Positions 1 through 16,150 of a stretch of DNA of 64,000 nucleotides are shown piece by piece; positions within the stretch are counted from its first letter, which is position 1, and each line of letters begins with the position of its first letter. The stretch comes from Eledone cirrhosa (lineage: Eukaryota). Both the position numbers and the translations under genes were made by a program. The stretch is from NCBI GenBank assembly GCA_964016885.1, contig OZ024741.1, positions 121,148,001 through 121,212,000 on the forward strand, written 5' to 3'. A model generated the notes under the pieces. It did not search any database and had not been told where the DNA came from. It saw nothing but the letters and a program-made list of their open reading frames with translations.

Positions 1-69
1 CAAACATACACACACATATATGCAAACATACACACACATACATACAAACATACATACAAACATACACAT

Positions 70-490
70 ATGGGTGACACAATATGTGATAAAGCTGGAG
101 CCTTTCACTCTACATATATAATACACCTGACTGTGACTGGATTCCATAGAGTTCGTCTATGTCAAATTTTACAGATATCTGGTACTCCGTCAGTTACTAC
201 GACGATTGTTCCAGTTGACACGATCAACAGAACAGCCTGCTCGTGACATCAACATGCAAGTGGCTGAACATTCAACGTACCCTTAACGTATATCTCGGGT
301 AGAATCAGTGTTACACAGAATGTAACAAAGCTGGTCCTCCGAATTATAAGTACAATTAATTTTTGCCAGCTGAGTGGATTGGCGCAAAATAAAATAAAGT
401 CCTCAAAGAACCAACGCGCTGCCAGGAATCGAACTCACAACCTTCTAGTCATGAGCCGAACACTCTAACCACTAAGCCACTCACCTTCAC
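70..490 (-). mobile_element. tRNA-derived SINE, family B (degenerate)
   Basis: Minus strand starts gtggcttagtggttagagtgttcggctc...gttcgattcc (A/B boxes); central ccactcagctggcaaaaa also seen in variant form at 38630 and 49525. Confidence 0.65.
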
Positions 491-816
491 CCTGATAAAT
501 GACATTTGCCCAAAATACCACGCAGTAGGATCAAAGCCGAACACACAAACACAGGTAGATCAACAATGGAAACGAGGTCATTTCTAATAAAGTATTTGCT
601 CTTAGTCATGTACATCCGATTTGAAATAAGAGCTGAAGGTGTGATTTGCTTTACAAATTGCGTCACAAGGATGGCTCCGTACTGTGCAACATACACAGTC
701 AACCGAATCATGTTTATCGTATCAGTAAGTATGTATGTATGTATGTATGTATGTATGTATGTATGTATGTATGTATGTATGTATGTATGTATGTATGTAT
801 GTATGTATGTATGTAT

Positions 817-956
817 GTCACAAGTGTAGTGTTTGTACCAGAGTTTTCAAGTCGCTGGCTGGACTAAAAAGTCACACTCGTTCAGCGCATCGGTAGGGGT
901 TCTCCTACATGGATACAAAGTAATGGCCGTACTCGAAAACGAATTGGCAGCCACCA
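817..956. repeat. Interspersed repeat fragment between (TATG)n runs; second copy at 13501-13584
   Basis: gtcacaagtgtagt...cactcgttcagcgYatcggtaggggtt is near-identical at both sites. Confidence 0.75.
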
Positions 957-1184
957 TGTATGTATGTATGTATGTATGTATGTATGTATGTATGTATGTA
1001 TGTATGTATGTATGTATGTATGTAGAGTAATGTAGTTGTGTAACATATATTAGTATATATCATACATCGCTAAAACATTATCTGATTCAGAATTTCTTGC
1101 AAAGTGTTGAGTCAAATAATTTTACACCACGTCAATAAATATGTTCGTTTTCCCCTTTCTCTTCTGTAAAATAATTTGTTTCAA

Positions 1185-1790
1185 TACGGGTGGACGGGAA
1201 TGACTCCCCATCAACAGTGGAGTCAGTCAAGACCTCGTGGCTGCCCCCGACCTCTTCAACTGTGTCATCAACTATCTGATGACCAAAGAGTTTCTGTCAG
1301 CTCCTTCATTTACCTGGGCTCGACATTCACCAACAATGGGGACCTGACACCGGAGATCAACCGCAAATATTGTCTGGCCGTCGGGGTTATGCACTCCCTA
1401 TAGAAGCCTCCTTTATCTCCCGGAAGACGAGGCTCCGTATCTACAACTTGTCGGATTTTTCCGTTCTCTTCCATGGAGCAGAAACGTGGCCCCTCACAAA
1501 GACACCGGCAAAGAGGATCGACGGCTTCGATAGCAGAGCCCTGATGACCATCGAGAACATCAAATGGTACCCTCACCTTTCCAACAAAGAGTCGCGTGCG
1601 CACGCGCATTAGCCTGCGGCTTCTTGCCTCATAATCATCCGTGCTGGTACGGACATGTATCCGCCACCTGCCAGATCATCCTACCAGGACCTTACTCTCG
1701 TTGGATGCATCAGATACAGACTGGAAGAGGCCTCGTGACATGCCCCACACCAGACGGCTAAATGTGATTACAAAGATCTCCAGAAGCTAT
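1185..1790 (+). mobile_element. Degenerate RTE-clade LINE 3' fragment
   Basis: Frameshifted pieces SFIYLGS...EINR, TRLRIYN...LFHGAETWPLTK, WYGH...KRPR, typical of the region C-terminal to the RTE RT. Confidence 0.75.
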
Positions 1791-1800
1791 ATATATATAC

Positions 1801-1964
1801 ATACATTAAAAAAGCCATATACACTGAGACGCTGGTTAAACCATTAACCGCAAAGCCAAAAAGCGAGCAAGCTATTCGGGTCAAACAAATAATAATATAT
1901 GATTTTTGGCTTTGCGGTTAATGGTTTAACCATCGTCTCAGTGTGTATGGCCTTTTAAATGTAT
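1801..1964. repeat. Inverted repeat, ~62-bp arms (1801-1862 / 1903-1964)
   Basis: ccatatacactgagacgctggttaaaccattaaccgcaaagccaaaaa versus tttttggctttgcggttaatggtttaaccatcgtctcagtgtgtatgg. Confidence 0.9.
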
Positions 1965-2127
1965 ATTTATTGCTCTAGTTCACTCGTATCTATTGAGCGC
2001 TTGCCACACAATTCGGAAGTTGTTTTTCGCTAACTTCCATCTCATTCATTCTCATCTCGGGAACAATTTTGAATAGCGCCAGTTCGTAATTTGAACTCGG
2101 GAATTTTATATTCTCCGAGTGAAAAGA

Positions 2128-2214
2128 ACCTTCTGACGAGAGTTTATCTTTTCAATGGAAGCCCGCAAGGACTGTCCATTTATTTCTGAGACTCGAAACC
2201 GATTCGGTAAAGGT
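2128..2214 (+). ncRNA. Type I hammerhead ribozyme
   Basis: Stem I acctt/aaggt; CUGACGA (2133-2139); stem II gagt...actc; GAAA; stem III ACCG-att-CGGU; GUA cleavage triplet ending at 2209. Confidence 0.85.
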
Positions 2215-2281
2215 AACCATAGTAAGTACAGTGAATTTTTTGAAATTTATTTTGAAACTTTTTCTTATTTGCTAAACCTTG

Positions 2282-2361
<80 letters not shown>

Positions 2362-2776
2362 TATATACATATATATATATATAAATATAAGTATGTATAC
2401 GTACATACATATATGTATACAGACGTACAGTAGTATGTATATACATACATACATGCACACATATATATATATACGTATGGGTTTCCCGAACATTTATTAT
2501 AATGCTCGGTTTGTTTGTAAACAAACATCCCGAAATATTAGTCGTACAGTGTTCGGCAACAATCGTTGCCATTTTGTTCAACACTGACAAACTAACAATG
2601 AACTAGTTTCTAGCTTATTAGCTGTCATCAGCACCGTATACCTTCCTGTCAGTTGATTGAACGTTTGAAAGTATATACTTTCCTTATGCATATTAACGGC
2701 TGAGCAGCCTAATTTGCATATCGAGTGAGTTAGTCAGCCGGGCGTACCGAAAACGATAAATGGAAAAAATGAAATG

Positions 2777-3100
2777 AAGTTCTTTGTTAACTTCGGTGGG
2801 AAGAATTTTAAAGATTCCTGGTTAACTTTGGTTGGAGAACTTTCTCGCATTCGTCTGTATCTTACACCTCATTAAAACCCAGACAAACACCTAAATTCAT
2901 CTTTGATATAGACATTTGTAGAAGATATCTTTATAAATTTAAGAGAGTTGATTCAGCTATGCCATTATATACTCATCAAAGGTCAGCTCATGAAATAAAA
3001 CCAGCAGACGAGGATGTTTACAACCACCTTCTCAAACACCCTTATCTTGAAACCTCACCATTTTCTGAGTGTATATGTGTGTGTGTGTGTATGTGTGTGC

Positions 3101-3193
<93 letters not shown>

Positions 3194-3426
3194 TGTGTGT
3201 GTGTGTGTGTGCTTTAATTCCTCCAAATCTTCATTATCATCAACACTCATTAACACCACACCGCACATCCCAGACACATCCAAATCTCTCTTATATATAT
3301 AGTCACACATGTCAACACAACCTGCTCTCAGTTTGACAATCGCCACAGACGAATGCGAGAAAGTTCTCCAACCAAAGTTAACCAGGAATCTTTAAAATTC
3401 TTCCCACCGAAGTTAACAAAGAACTT
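2777..3426. repeat. Element with 82-bp inverted termini (2777-2858 / 3345-3426) and internal (TG)n
   Basis: aagttctttgttaacttcggtggg...cgcattcgtctgt is the reverse complement of acagacgaatgcg...gttaacaaagaactt. Confidence 0.9.
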
Positions 3427-3517
3427 ACTAGATCTACCAACTCATAATATTATAATATTATAAAATTAAATATATAATTTTTTAACACTACAAGTGACAT
3501 CATTCTTTTCTTTTTTT

Positions 3518-3589
<72 letters not shown>

Positions 3590-3592
<3 letters not shown>

Positions 3593-3925
3593 GTATGGCG
3601 TAACATCCACGACCTTTAAATCGAGGATGTATAATCACACAAATTCTTCCAAGGGCTGAAGCAAGAGACACTCCACTAGGTTGGCGGACCTAATATGGGA
3701 CTTGAAAGACAACGGTACCCCGTATGATCTCAACTGGAGTAATGTCCAGCATGCAAATGCATATTCGCCTGGTAACAGGAAGTGTAGGCTATGCCTATCC
3801 GAGGCCATGGATATAGTCAGATTGAAGGATGATGCGGTCAACCTGAAATCGGAGATTATCATGACGTGCAGACACCAGAGAAGGTGCACATTCTCCGCAT
3901 GGACGCAACCGGACAGCCCACGCTA
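3590..3925 (+). mobile_element. Penelope-like element, C-terminal GIY-YIG fragment
   Basis: LADLIWDLKDNGTPYDLNWSNVQHANAYSPGNRKCRLCLSE parallels TTLADKAWQLRENNQQFHLKWDII at the end of the 40190 PLE ORF. Confidence 0.75.
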
Positions 3926-4664
3926 AACGCATGCGGGGAAGCGGACGCCGGTCCGAGCAGCGGCGCGGGTCCAAGGGATCAGACACCATACCTGGTTGAC
4001 TATGTATGTCCTGTGGGGTAAGTCGACGCAACCTATGCTGCCTATCAGACTCTGCACGTCATCCTAGGCAACAACATCGCATGAGCTGGGACACGGTGGC
4101 CCAACCTCCACGGATATTCAGTCACGTACCATACATCAATAAGGCAATCTATCTCACCCACAGTAACATGCTACTTTATGGCCTGTTCACGCACTCCCTG
4201 CATGTGTATCTTTTCAGTGGTATGTGCATATTCCCCACGCACTCCATTACGTAACACTCCATGTATTTTTCCATGTACAAACCAATGTGTATCGTTGTAT
4301 ACTTTTCTTATATAATTCAGATGCATGTATTTTTTTAATATATTCTGCATACATTTTTTATATATCCTGCATGTATTTACTATACACGGTCTGGGCATAC
4401 CCTTTACATTTATACCATGAACTCCCTGTATGTAGACTTGCTTGAGGTGACGATACCTGGATTTATCCACGTTGGCAGCATAATATCAACTCTGCATGTA
4501 CAACACAATGTATATCTTTATATGCTTTTCTTACATGTATTTTTTGTGCAGTTTTTTATGTGTGTAGATGTGTGTACATACATATATACATATGTGTAAG
4601 AATATACGTGCGAGTCTGTGTGTGTGTGTATGTACACGTGAAGGAGAAAAAATGTATTAGGGTA

Positions 4665-4729
<65 letters not shown>

Positions 4730-4974
4730 GTATATGTGTGTGTGTGTGTATGTATATGTATACAGGTGTGTAGACGTATGTGTGTATACGCGTGTGTGTG
4801 GGCATGTGGGTGGGTGTGTATATATATATATGTATGTGTATGTGTGTAAGTATGCATATGTATGTGCAGATGTGTGTGCGTAAATGTATGTATGTGTATA
4901 TATATATCTATGAGTGTATGTGTATGTATACGTACGGATGCGTACGTGTGTGTGTGCATGTATATATAGGAGTG

Positions 4975-5024
<50 letters not shown>

Positions 5025-5137
5025 CGTGCGTATATACACGTGGGTGTGTGCCTCTCTGTGTGCATGTATGCGTATAGTTGTGTGACTATTTATGTGCGTG
5101 AACGTAACACAAGGTACTCTGTATGTATCTGTCAGTA

Positions 5138-5203
<66 letters not shown>

Positions 5204-5369
5204 AGTGGGAGTAGGAGCTCACAAACAGCAGTAATTTTGCCGACGGGGCAGTGGGTCAGTGACAGCTCACGCCCTGGCGGACAGCGGGCTGATACAAGTG
5301 GTCAGAATAATTATGAACAATTGTAACACATTAAATTGAGTTCCAATCCATCACTGATTTTTCGTTATC

Positions 5370-5435
<66 letters not shown>

Positions 5436-5811
5436 GAGGTAACAGATTATTGTTATAGGTAGTCCATTTAAGTGTAGTCCAGTTATGGTACTCCGGTAAA
5501 ATCGTAGATATACTTTACTTCCCACCTAGATTGATGATGTGATTATTTCAAATAATTTATTGCTAGCATTGTTAGTATTGTTGTTATTGTTCTGATTGAA
5601 TGCCATTACTACTATATATAGTAGCCATGCCTGTATATTCCTTTCATTCTCACAAGCTCCGATGAATTGACTAGTTATAACTTTGTATTGGTGATCGAAT
5701 AACGTGAAAACAAGCGGGTAGCGATCTCTAGACCTACCAGTTCAGAGAAACAATTGTCAGCAATGAGATTAAAAACCTTTTTCGTATAGCAAACCGTGTC
5801 ACTCTTCTTTC

Positions 5812-5869
<58 letters not shown>

Positions 5870-6228
5870 GTTAGTCCTTCATCGGTGATCTTCCAACCAT
5901 CATTGGTATTTCATCGCTTTAAAGACCATATACCTCCGGTTGGTGCGAGCAACGGCTAAAAAAAGTCGTTGGGACACGTAAATAAAGGGGACACGAGAGT
6001 GTAAACAAACAAAGATGGTGAAGCAACGAAAAGTGAGGAAGAAGGAGTCAAGTCCCACATTTCCATGAATATAAATTCGGTGAAATCGTGAACGAGAGAG
6101 AATAAAGACCATCAAACCTGGTTGGAATGTGAGCAAGGAAGGAATTCCGTACAGGTCTAACGGGAGGAAGAAGGGATCTAGTCTGTGAATTCGGTGAACG
6201 TAAGTTCTGTGAAATCGTAGACGAGAGA

Positions 6229-6351
<123 letters not shown>

Positions 6352-6799
6352 AGTAAACGAGGTATCGTTTAAGGTAATCCAAGTAGAGGGTACGAGTAAT
6401 CTGTACCGTGAAGGATTTTTACTTAGTTGTGGCGTTCGGATGGCCGATTTCGGACAGTTCCTAGGTAAGCAGTTCCCGGAGTATTAATAATGAATGAAGA
6501 ATAACACGGATAAGCTATACAGTAGGGTTTATTCCAGTTATTAACATATGTTTCATTGGCTAGTATGTGGTTTAATGTGTCTAAAAATCGCTATCTGCAA
6601 TGATGCTGGACACTCGATTTTAGATACTGCTTATACCAGTCAAATTATCAAAATACTGATTTTGTATCTGGCGATACAACGTATTTATACTGAGGTGTAC
6701 AGACATTAAGATTAGAAAAACAACAAGATGAAAAACAAAATGAAATAAGAAGTAATAAAATGAAATAAAATAAAATAAAAATATAAATATAAATATATA

Positions 6800-8424
6800 T
6801 AGTTGCTGAGATGCTGAAGGCATCAGGTGAAGTAGGCATTAAACTGATTGCACGCATCATCAATCAAGTTATATATGGTGGTGTCATACCCAAAGACTGG
6901 TGCAGCAGTATTCTCATAAATTGATACAAAGGTAAAGGGGATGCTCTAGAGAGGAGCAATTATAGGGGCATAAAGCTGATGGATCAGGTTATGAAAGTGG
7001 CAGAGAGAATATTAGCGCAACTGATTAGAGAAAGGGTCAAATTAGATGAGATGCAGTTTGGTTTTGTGCCTCGGAAAAGTACAACAGATGCTCTCTTCTT
7101 AGTGAGGCAACTACAAGAGAAGTTCTTAGAGAAGAATGAGCCACTATACTTAGCTTTTGTTGACCTAGAGAAGGCCTTTGATAGGGTACTCCGATCTGAC
7201 ATCTGGTGGTCCTTAAGGAAACTAAGTGTAGAGGAATGGCTTGTGAAGGCAGTGCAAGCTATGTACAGGGGTGCTGTCAGTAAAATGAGAGTAGGTATGG
7301 AGTTTAGTGAGGAATTCCAGATACAAGTAGGTGTACATCAGGGTTCGGTCCCCAGCCCGCTCTTGTTCATTATAATCCTCCAAGCCATAACAGAGGAGTT
7401 TAAGACTGGATGCCCATGGGAACTTCTATATGCGGGCGATCTGGCTCTTATAGCAGAATCAGTAGAGGAGCTAGAGAATAAATTCTGGCTATGGAAACAG
7501 CAGTTGGAATCAAGAGGACTGAGAGTGAACATAGCTAAGACAAAAGTGTTGATAAGTAGAAGAGAGGACAATACTCCGATTTCATCAAGGAAATGGCCAT
7601 GTTCGCTATGTAGGAAAGGAACTGGCATAAATTCCATAAAATGTACGCAATGCAGATCTTGGGTACACAAGAGATGTAGTGGGATAGCAGGCAAACTAAC
7701 AGGTAGGGAAAACTATGTATGCAGTAGATGTACAGGGAAAGTTGGCAGTAGTAATCGCATTGATAGACACATTTTTCCAATGCAGGAGGGTTCTATAGAA
7801 GTGGTTGATAGCTTCCGGTACCTAGGTGATCAGATTAGCATGAGAGGGGGGGTGTTCCGAGGCCATAGTATCTAGAATAAGGACGAGTTAGAAGAAGTTT
7901 AGGGAGCTGCTTCCTTTGTTGACAAAGAAGGCTTTCTCCCTGCATACGAAAGGACGGTTATATGATGCCTGTGTGATATGCGCGATGCTGCATGGTAGTG
8001 AGACATGGGCGGCAACTGCAGAGGATATGCGATGGCTGGAGAGAAATGAAGCAAGCATGCTCCGTTGGATGTGCAATATCAATGTGCGTGAACGACCAAG
8101 CATGGACGAGTTGAGAAAGGAACTGGGTATAAGAGGGATAAGTTATGGTGTGCAGGAGAGAAGGCTGAGATGGTATGGACATGTGATGCGCATGGAGGAT
8201 GACCGCTGGGTAAAGAAGTGCCAGAAATCCCAGTAGAAGGAAGACGCAGTAGAGGTAGACCACGTAAAACATGGGCGGAGGTGGTGAGGGCAGACCTCAC
8301 ATCGCTGAAACTCACCGAGGAGATGACGAAGGATCGTGAAAAGTGGAGAGATGCTGTGCTGAATAGGACCCGTCCAACCCTTGCAAGCAGAGAAAAGCGG
8401 GCGTAAAATGATGATGATGATGAT
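6800..8424 (+). mobile_element. 5'-truncated RTE LINE (RT + PHD-like finger), pseudogenised, (GAT)n tail
   Basis: ORFs 6979-7875 and 7916-8236: AFVDLEKAFD, GVHQGS, LYAGD (YADD decayed), CSLC..CTQC..HKRC..CSRC, RLRWYGHV; ends atgatgatgatg. Confidence 0.95.
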
Positions 8425-8577
8425 GTATACAGACGTTAAGATGAAAACCAACAGGATGAGAAATAATATAATAAAATACAGTAAAATAAAACAAAAGATA
8501 TAAATGTAGGAATTTATATGTCCGATGGGTAATAAAGATGAAGGGGTAAGATAGTAGAAGTGTAGAATGAAAATAAT

Positions 8578-9090
8578 AATAATTGTTTCTACTTTAGGCA
8601 CAAGGCCAGCAAAAACCCAGCGCATTACTGGTACTTTATTTTATTGACCCCGTAAGGATGAAAGGCAAAGTCAACCTCGGCGGGATTTGAACTCAGATCG
8701 TAAAGGGACGTAACTATGCTGGAAAGCATGGCGTCCGACCTTCTACCGATACTGCCAATCCACATGAAAATAATAATAATAATGGTTTCTTATATAGGCA
8801 CAAGGCCAGCAATTCTGAGGGAGGGGAATGTCGATTAAATCGACCCCAGTGCGTAACTGGTACTTTATTTTATCGACCTCGTAAAGATGAAAGGCAAAGT
8901 TAATCTCGGCAGGATTTGAACTCAGATCATAAAGGGCCGTAACTCAATGCTACAAAGCATGGCGGCGGACCCTCTACCGGTACTGACTGCCAATCCACCG
9001 CCCTTTTCATTTATTGACCATAATAATGGTTTCTAGTATAGGCACAAGGCCAGCAATTTTTGGGGAGAGGAAAGTCGATTAAGTCGATTA
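8578..9090 (-). mobile_element. Cluster of family-A tRNA-derived SINEs (two near-complete copies, one fragment)
   Basis: Reverse complement of ggattggcagtatcggtagag...gagttcaaatcc...gcctttcatccttacggggtcgataaaataaagtaccag...gaaacaattatt, which recurs more than 10 times in the window. Confidence 0.85.
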
Positions 9091-9156
9091 CTTGCGCTTA
9101 TATATATATATATTTATATATATAGTTAAAAGAATAGAGGTGTAACACACAAGTTA

Positions 9157-11218
<2,062 letters not shown>

Positions 11219-12042
11219 AAAAGAATGAAAGTGGAAAATATATGGAAAAGAATGTTTTTTCTTTCTTCTCTTCTTCCATGCTCGTTTTAAACATACTATT
11301 TACTTTTACTTTTACATATTACAATACATAAAAACAAACTTAAACCCTAACCAATTTCTTTTTTAATATATTATAATATTACCATTAGAAAATTTTTCGT
11401 AAACATATATACTTGTTGACGTTAGATATTTTCTTCCTTAAACATTCTTTTTTCCTCTCTCCTTCCATGCTCATTTTAAACCTACTATTTCCGTTTAATA
11501 TTATAATACATAAAAACAAACTTAAACCCTAACTAATTCCTCTAAGTTCATAACTCATTTATTCTTCTCCTTCTTTCATATTATATCCTTAATATCATTA
11601 ATATTTTTATTTTAATAATACATATTGATAAATTTTCTTTTTTTCGCACATATTATTAAACCCTTCAATATACAAACCTTAATTTAATACTATTCTTAAT
11701 TCCTTTTTCTTCATGCATAAACCTCATTAACTTTTAAGTTAAAAATCTTTTAAATCATCTATTATCTTCCAACGGTATTTTAATTTCTTACTGAAACAAT
11801 ATTTTCTCAGTTGTAAAGGCTATCTCTCTCTCTCTCTATCACCCATTTCTCCTCCTCTCTCATCCTTCCTTCTTATACTCCTCCCCTACCATCCTTTACT
11901 CTTATTTCTTCCTCTTCCTTACCTCTTCATACCCCCCTCACTTTTTTCCAATCTCATATATTCATCTTAGTTTATTTTTCATATGTTGATTTAACACTTC
12001 ACTGCTCACAAGTGTTTTTTAAGCTTCATATCATGTCTCCCC

Positions 12043-12111
12043 ATTTTATCTGATGAGAACACAGATATCATCCCATGATGATATTTGTTTTTGAAATGCG
12101 CATAATAAAAT
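12043..12111 (+). ncRNA. Type I hammerhead ribozyme with palindromic stem III
   Basis: attttat / CUGAUGA / stem II built on cagatatcat...atgatatttg / GAA AUGCGCAU A / ataaaat. Confidence 0.85.
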
Positions 12112-12279
12112 ACTTGGAACTCTTTTAACCATCTTGTGATCTAATATTATATATATATATATGTGTGTGTGTATATATATATATATATGTATATATATAT
12201 GTGTGTATATATATATGTGTGTATATATATATATGTGTGTGTATATATATGTGTGTGTATATATATATATATGTGTGTG

Positions 12280-12317
<38 letters not shown>

Positions 12318-12387
12318 TATTGAAATTTCAGTTAGAAACAGAAAAGGTCATAGAAATGAAGAGTGCTCTATGTCAGTATCAGAGCAA

Positions 12388-13177
12388 AATTTAATGTATA
12401 AAATCAATACAATATTATTACCTCATTACCAGAGGTTTCCCGAATGAGGCGAATATGCAAACAGGTTTATATGCGCGAGTATAAGTATGTGTGTGTGTGT
12501 GTGTATGTACGTATCGAACGTATGGAAGTGTAAGCGCGCGTGTGTATATAAGCATAATTATGTTTACATTTCTTTTGTGAGACACGCGTGTCTTGTGTAT
12601 GTATGTACCCCCGCTTTTTTTGTTTTCTTTAATTTTTTCTTTCTATCTTGTCTTTCTAATTTATCGTTACTATATTTTTATAAATATATCGTAATAGATA
12701 CTTTTCTTTTATTTATTATACTCTCTTCATCTCCTTTCTTTCCGCATCTAAGTGTACGAATGTCCAGGCGTTTTTATGCGCGCGACTTTATTTTCTTATT
12801 TTTATGAAGTAACCATTTCCGTCTGCATAATACAGACATATAGATACATTTGCCCTAAATTTTTATTTTTATAATTACGCACACTTTCTAACCATACATT
12901 TACACGTGCACATATACATATATGCACATCTATGAACGTATATACATACACATACACACACCTAACTATTTTTCTTGATAGATTTTTATATATTTCAATT
13001 TCTATTTCATTTATCTATATATTTTTTTTTTTGATTTTCTTGATGTGTTTTTCTAAGTATTTGCCCATGTTTTATATTGCCTCGTCTGACGAACGAATGA
13101 AGTCGTTTATTTCGTATTCGCCTCATTCGGGAAACCTCTGGTAATGAGGTAATAATATTGTATTGATTTTATACATT

Positions 13178-13182
<5 letters not shown>
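12388..13182 (+). mobile_element. Non-coding hammerhead-bearing element with 70-bp inverted termini (12388-12457 / 13113-13182), followed by (TA)n
   Basis: The left arm is the reverse complement of the 3' half of the ribozyme plus its downstream tail. Confidence 0.8.
13075..13154 (+). ncRNA. Type I hammerhead ribozyme
   Basis: tattgcctcgt / CUGACGA / cgaatga...tcattcg / GAAA CC-tct-GG UA / atgaggtaata (11-bp stem I with two G-U pairs). Confidence 0.85.
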
Positions 13183-13235
<53 letters not shown>

Positions 13236-13582
13236 AATGTAAGAGATGACCCCTTAGCCTTTGTCAAGGCAGAATTCTAGGAGAAGGAAAACTCTGATAT
13301 AACACCTGCAACCCTGCAATGATGTTGACTTGTTCTTCTTTTTGGTAAATATCATCTTGGTTAAGAGAGTGGGACTGGCTTTGTGCAGTGCCTTTGCTCA
13401 CTATAAAAGTTTCACGGCACAGGCATTGCTTTATATCTGGAGATCTCTCTGCACTTGTCGTCACATGGTACCATGGGCCCAGCACTATGTGTCAATAATT
13501 GTCACAAGTGTAGTCTTTGTCCAGAGTTTTCAAGTCGCTGGCTGAACTAAAAAGTCACACTCGTTCAGCGTATCGGTAGGGG

Positions 13583-13683
<101 letters not shown>

Positions 13684-13698
13684 CATACATACATACAT

Positions 13699-13746
<48 letters not shown>

Positions 13747-13984
13747 ATACACATACATACACACACACACACATACATACATACATACATACATACATAC
13801 ATACATACATGTATACATATATATATATATATATATATGGAAAGACCGACGGAAACATTGTTTAGTTGGTCCGATTTGACGAAAGTCGATCGATATATGT
13901 AAAAGGTAAACAGAAATAACAACATAATCGGTTCAGTATATGGAAGGAATGTATTAGGTTAACGCTTGATATAACAGGATGAGG

Positions 13985-16150
13985 GTCTTAACGTTTCGGA
14001 CGCTAGTCCTCTATCAGACGAATGGATGAGAAATAAGATAGATTGAGGGGACGGGCGGGATGAAATTAGAAAAAAATGTCTTTAGATAAAAATAACAGGT
14101 CCATTCATGTTGACATCTCTACAAATTCAAAATACGTTTGTTTATTCGAGGGCGGCTGTTTTATTTATTTGTGAATAAAAAAAACGTTAAAGTTCAGTGT
14201 TGTTTGCGCATGTATAAATGTATGAGAGAAGAACGTGCGTAAGTTGTGTATGATATATATTTAAGTATGTGTGTGTGTATATGTGTGTAGATGTAAGTGT
14301 GTATATGTAGTGAAGAAAATATTTAAGGGATAAAAGCTGGTCTGCATCATTTTTGCCTGATAGCTGACCACACAAAGCCAATCAAGAATTTGTTTGTTGA
14401 TAGAATTTGTCTAACTTGGAAACGAAAAATTGTTGCAAAGACAGATAGGAGCTGACATGATGGCATATGTATGTTGGACATGTTAGATTAGCCATTGTAC
14501 CGCATTCCTTTCCATTCTATTATTAATAGGGGCGGGGTGTTTAGTTGTTTAATAAAGAGGGCTTCCTTAATCCTCAGCATGACTATACAGCGCTCGGTAG
14601 CCAAGAGGGTAGTGGTTATTATTTTTTTGTCCCTGTGTCCGCATTTAATGATGTGTTTGCGAAAGGAAGAAGAGTTAGTGTTTATGTGCTCTTTAATTCG
14701 GAGGAGTGAGGGTCGAATAGTACTGCCTATGTAGAATTGTATCACGTAGGCATGCAGGCAACAATCAGTGTTGCGGGTTGGGCAATTGCTTAGAGTGCAT
14801 CTGTTCTCTTCGTCTTTTGGATAAGCATTCCCACAAGGAAGGTCCCGAGTGAGCCAGTCTGATGTTGAGGTCCTCTCTCCAGGTGTCTTTACGTATGGCG
14901 TTGGTGGTCTCTTCGCTGAGGTATGGGATCTTGAAGAATCAACAGTTGCCTGGATTGGTCCGTTCTCAAGGTCTGAAGTTTCGCCGGGGAATGGAGAAGG
15001 AAGCTAGGTAGTAATTTGTCTCTAATACCATGTGGAACCATCTGAAATGAGTGGCTCTATTTGTAGCATCGTTGCATCTGTTGTGTAAGTGAGCAATTTC
15101 ATTTGATATAAACCCTATTTTAGAGCAGTTGGGGAGGTCAGATTTGTAGTGGATGAAAAGGCGGCCGCTTTGCGGTAGAAATCGGTGTTAATTTCCCCAC
15201 TTTCAGTGATGTTTGAGCAGAGCGAGGGACCCGGAGTCGGAGGGATGTTCCATGCTGAACCTGATATTTCTGTCAGCGCTGTTGAAAAACTCAAGTATCC
15301 TGTTGGTATTCTCACGGGTAGATGTAAGGATGAGGATATCATCTACATATCTAGCGAAGAATGTGCAGGTGTCGCAGGAGCTGAGTATTCGGCGTTTGAG
15401 TCTGTTCATGATGGCTAGTAAACCCGACAAGCTGGATCATATTGGTAGTCCAGAGGTCTGTTGGTAGATGTGGCCCAGGAAACTGAAAAACGCGTTGTTG
15501 ACAACGATGAATAGGAGCTGGTGGATGTTGGTGGTAGTGAGACCGAAACTGTTTAGGTTGCTGGAACAATAATTTGTCCACAGCCGGAAGTGCAGGTACC
15601 AATGTATATAGGGACACCACGTCTAGACTAAAGGCATACCTGTTGTATTTGCGAGTGTCGGGTTCTAGTGGGTTGATTTGTTGGATGGTTTAATCCAAGC
15701 TGTTGGCGTGACCTGGGAAGGTTACGAACAGGGGTTTTAGTATCTTGGATAGAAGTTATGAGATTTTGTACGAGGGTCCTTCAACACTAGAAACAATGGG
15801 TCTGATTTTCTGGTCGGGTCCTTCTTTGCGGGTCTTGATTAGTTGGTAGAAATTGAGTAGTCTGCTGTTTCTCCTTATGTAGTTGTACCGGAATCTCTTC
15901 GGAAGCCTTCGTCTGTTACAGATAATACGTACAAACATACTATCGAACGTAATAAATTGGAAGTTAAATGAATGGAAGAGCTTAGAAAGAAGAATTAGAG
16001 AACTATTGGTAGTGTTTCAAAATTTTCATCTTAAATTCAGTAAATTTGGAGTAACTACCTTATTTCTTAAGATCAGATACACTCTCCACCGCAGACAATA
16101 TTTAACTAAATTTCCATCATTAGAATTTTGGGGCTGTATTCCTTGATTCT
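13985..16150 (-). mobile_element. Degenerate Penelope-like element (RT + GIY-YIG) with a decayed hammerhead downstream (13985-14019)
   Basis: KIRPIVSS..GPSYKIS, FFARYVDDILI, FYIGSTIRPSLLRIKEH...LRIKEALFIK in broken frames; ggac-tagc-gtcc GAAACGTT aagac. Confidence 0.88.

Noticed and set aside
5655-5725. ccgatga...gaaaac hammerhead-like string
   Set aside because: Core mutated, and stems I and III cannot be paired convincingly.
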